From Vitrella brassicaformis CCMP3155 (taxonomy: Eukaryota > Protista > Chromerida), in NCBI GenBank assembly GCA_001179505.1, contig CDMY01000138.1, forward strand, positions 1 to 64,000: DNA of 64,000 nt, in the 5' to 3' direction. Positions 60,266 through 64,000 of the stretch are shown here, one piece after another (within the stretch, counting starts at the first letter, position 1; every line of letters starts with the position of its first letter). The notes under the pieces are model-generated. The model ran no database searches, had not been told where the DNA came from, and saw only the letters and a program-made list of their open reading frames with translations. The position numbers and the translations under genes are program-made.

Positions 60266-63200
60266 ATGTCGCAGCAGATCATCGTGGGCGGTCGTGCCCT
60301 CACAGTGGGTGAGATCATAGCCGTTGCGCTGCGGAAGGCCAAGGTGGTGCTGGACCGCGCCACCCTCGACAAGGTGCAGCAGGACTTCGACAGGAAGTTC
60401 AGGGGCTCATCCACCACACCATGGCAGATCCCGCCATCCCCGGCCACACCCGCGCCCCTCATCCCATCATCTGGCGTCGGCAAATGCCCCCCTCTCCTCA
60501 GCCACGAGACCCTGCGGGCCGTCGTGTTGCTTCGGCTGGTGACGGTGCTGCACCAGCAGAGTGGGGTGCGGCCTCAGGTGGCCGGGTACCTGACCGAGCT
60601 GCTGAACAACGGCGAGGACAAGGCCGCCAGCGACATCTTGAGCGAGCTGCAGCAGCCCGCCCTGAGTGACCAGCAGGCGATGCAGCTGCTGCTCAAGCAT
60701 TACGGCGTCGAGGGCCTATCGGCCGAGGAGGCCTCGGTCTTCTGCTCGGCGGGGTACCCCTGGACGGTCGCACGGCTGGTCATGAGCTGGCAGCTGGGCC
60801 AGGTGCTCGCACAGATGGCCGACTGCTCGTCGGTGCTGGCCATCGAGGCGCTGCAGCTGCCGACGCCCTTTCTTGACCTGGACGGGCGGCGTCAGCACGA
60901 GGGTGCAGTGGTGGCGGCCAACCGCATCAAGTGGCTCCTGGAGGAGTCCAAGACGGCCAAGAAGCCAGACGAGACCCACAAGACGAGACTCATGGCCCGC
61001 TGCGTGTACGTCCATGGCGCCCTGGTCGACAGCCTCGAGCAGCTCATGCGAGCCATCAGACCGGAGCTCAGGGCATTCGCCAGCAGGAAGAGTGTGGCCG
61101 AAGGTAGGTACCTAAGAGACAGACAGCGAGTGCGTGAACTCATGAGCGCCGGGGGGAGGGAGGGAGTCATGGCGTGGGTGCTGTGCTGTGCTGTGCAGGT
61201 GATACTGCGTCTGTTGTCGAGGGCGATGAGGATCTGAATGCGTTGCCGCTGATGGTCCCCGCCATGTCTGTGAGGGAGGCCACCATACGCTGCGCCAAGA
61301 CTGCCATCCAGGTAGGTACACCACACCACTCATGGCTCACCGATGCATCACGGCACCGCACTTGACTGCACCTGGCTGTGGGTTGGCTGTGCAGGAGGCC
61401 GAGCTGGTTCTCGAGCGAAACCAGGCCACCATTCCAGAGGTGCGCACAGCTTAGCTAGCTTCACCGGGTGGTGTGCATCGTCTGTCTCATCAGTCAATCA
61501 AGCTGGTGTCTGCCTGTTAGGATGTGGCCCCGCTGCCCGACACCCCTGCCTCTGCGGACCGCACAAACATCACTGTTCCCCCCACTGCAGAGGTGGGCCA
61601 CATCACGGACGGATAATACAACAAAAGTATCAGCCCACGCCAACGCCCATGCCCACAACCTGTGTGTGTGTGTATGTGTGTGTGTGATGGTCGCTGCGCC
61701 AGACCCACTCGTCAGAGTCCCACGCGCGTCTCGAGGGAACTCTGAAGGACATCAAAACGTCGATTGCGGCATTCCAGACGTACGTGTGCGTCAGTCAAGA
61801 AGCGGAGAGATCGACGCAGAGAGCGATCGTGTTGTGTATGTGTGTTTGCCGCGTGTGCAGGAGTGCCCTCCCCAATGGCGACCTGCCAAGCGTCCTGACG
61901 GACGTCGAGAAGGTGCGTGTCCTGTCCTCTCTGGCCCATCTCATCTAGCCACAAATCCATCCTTCCATCCATCCATCCACTTATTTATGGGTTGCCTTTG
62001 CCTGCCTGCCTGCCTGGCTGCGTGCGCTTGTGCGTCACGTTGCAGTCGTTGGATCTCCTGAGGAGGAGTGTGCTGTGCGAGGCCGCCGGGGCGCTGCAGA
62101 TCTTCGCCAAAGAGGAGGTCGACAAGTACAGAAAGGCCCTGGAGGTGCGGTGGGCAGCTGACCGAACAAACACACCACAATGACAATGGACATCCTGCGC
62201 TTGGGTCGACGATGTGTGGCTGGCTGGCTGGATGGATGGGTTTGTGTGTTCGTTCAGGCGATGGAGAAGAAGAAAAAGAACGTGTCCACCAAGCTCACCA
62301 TCGGCAGGCCCGTCGAGAGATTCAGACAGTGCCTCAACTCAGTCGTCTACCAGGTGGGCACACGCACTCCCCCACTCACTCACACAGGTCCCCCTCTCTC
62401 TCTATCTCTCTCTATCTGTCTTGTCTGTCTCTTGTTTGTGCCTGTGGTGTTTGGGTCGTCAGGATGCCGGCGGCAGGATGGACAAGTGCGACGAGTGTCT
62501 TTTGGGTCAGCTGACGGCGGCATGTCTTATCGGCATGGCAGACAGCCTCGAAGACATACTCACCGTCAGAAATCAGGTCCGTTCCTCTGTGCGTGTGTGC
62601 GTCTATCGGGTCAGCTTTGGTCTGCTTGGTGTGCTGTGGTGTGCTGGTTGATTGGGTGGGTGCAGGAGACGCGCAAGCCGAAGGTAGCCAAGGGAACGCA
62701 GGACTACACACCCATACAGATGGCCATTCGAAAGCAGGTCCCTCCCTCCCTCCCTCCCTCCCTCCACAATTTCGCTCTCCACACCAATTGTATGTGTATG
62801 GCTGTGTAGGTGATGCGCGCCATCGCCGATGTGTTTGAGCGCCACGGCGCCGTGCAGATCGACACGCCCGTCTTCGAACTCAAGGTGCGGCCGGGCGTCC
62901 GTCAGACGGACACAGACAGACAGACGAAGAGAGAGCAACGCACCCACGCACCCCATCACTCACCTCACGTGTTGGGCTCGCCGCTTCGCTTCTGGCTCTT
63001 CAGGAGACTCTCATGGGCAAGTATGGCGAGGACCAGAAGCTCATCTACGACCTCAAAGACCAGGTAAAATACCCCCCCCCCCACACACACACAGACAGAC
63101 AACACAACCTCTTTCACCCCGTGGCTCATCAATCCAATCCAATCCTATCCTACACACACATTATGTTTGTTGCACCATACCACCAGGGTGGCGAGCAGCT

Positions 63201-64000
63201 GTCGCTGCGGTACGACCTGACTGTGCCCTTTGCGCGTTTCTGCGCGTTGGGCAACGTCGAAAAGATCAAGCGGTACCACATCGGCAAGGTGTACCGGCGC
63301 GACGAGCCGCAGCTGGCCAAGGGCCGCTTCCGCGAGTTCTACCAGTGCGACTTCGACATTGCGGGGACCTACGACACCATGCTGCCCGACGCTGAGGTCA
63401 TCACGGTGAGCGAGCGACTAAGTACTGACTGAGTGAGGAAGGGAGTGATGTGATGTGATGTGTGGACACATCGACGGGCAGGCAATATGTTGGGGGATGG
63501 GTGGCATGCAATGCAGGTGTTTTGTGAGATTTTGGACCAGTTCTTTCCCAACGGGGGCTTCCAAGTCAAGATCAACCACAGGTGCCTGGGGCCTCTCTGT
63601 GTGGGCGGATGGGATGCGTCTGAACGGAACGGACTAATGCGTGTGGGTGTGGTGTGCGCATGTGCGCGTCAGGAAGCTGTTGGATGCGATCATGGAGGTG
63701 TGTGGCGTGCCGCAGCAGAAGTTCCGCCCAATCTGTTCGGCCATCGACAAGCTCGACAAAGAGCCCTGGGACAACGTCAAACGCGAAATGATCGACGAAA
63801 AGGTCAGATCCATCCATCCATCCATCGGGGCAGTGCACTCGTCGTGTCTGAATCTCTCTCTCTCTCTCTCTCTCTCTTTGTCTCTTCGGTGTGTAGGGTT
63901 TGAGAGAGGAGGTGGCTGACCGCATAGGCGAGTACGTGGTGCTCAAGGGACGGCCAAAGGAGATGATCGAGCGCCTTGACACCATGACCAACCTGCTCAA
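60266..64000 (+). CDS. HARS: Cytosolic histidyl-tRNA synthetase with an N-terminal histidine-ammonia-lyase-like domain; continues beyond the window
   Basis: Core motifs [26 protein letters not shown]|[20 protein letters not shown]|[46 protein letters not shown] and KINHR|[14 protein letters not shown]. The N-terminal [54 protein letters not shown] is HAL/PAL-like. Confidence 0.93.

Noticed and set aside
61860-61912. Apparent extra frameshift in HisRS (TCQA/VLTD)
   Set aside because: An alternative phase-0 donor (tac|gtgtgc) in the previous exon restores the frame with no indel.

Overview
Eukaryotic, intron-rich, GC-rich nuclear DNA with (CA)n, (GACA)n and (GGAT)n microsatellites in most introns. 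Gene content (AP2-like factor, PAN/Apple protein, bipartite plastid-type leaders, PG-rich flagellar repeat protein) suggests a photosynthetic alveolate such as a Vitrella-like chromerid; this is an inference. I assembled the genes by hand across GT/GC-AG introns. In order: extended eIF4E, FCY1-type cytosine deaminase, neuroguidin/Lcp5 (disrupted as assembled), RNF5-like RING ligase with a downstream FKBP-like exon, ECH1-like dienoyl-CoA isomerase, a K+-channel pore fragment, gamma-glutamyltranspeptidase, TraB protein, several hypothetical secreted, plastid or membrane proteins, an Apple-domain protein, a SHIPPO-repeat protein, an AP2-like factor, an 11-kb gene for a secreted LamG-like/Sushi(about 22)/Hint protein, an SLC37-like MFS transporter, a MAPEG/MGST3 protein, and a HAL-like-domain/histidyl-tRNA synthetase running off the right edge. 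There are two 300-N gaps. The most striking item is the Sushi-array protein ending in a Hedgehog-type Hint autoprocessing domain. Six apparent single-base losses in G/C runs break four genes, and these are most likely sequencing errors. No rRNA, tRNA, CRISPR array or recognisable transposon was seen. All family calls come from motif recognition, not database searches.
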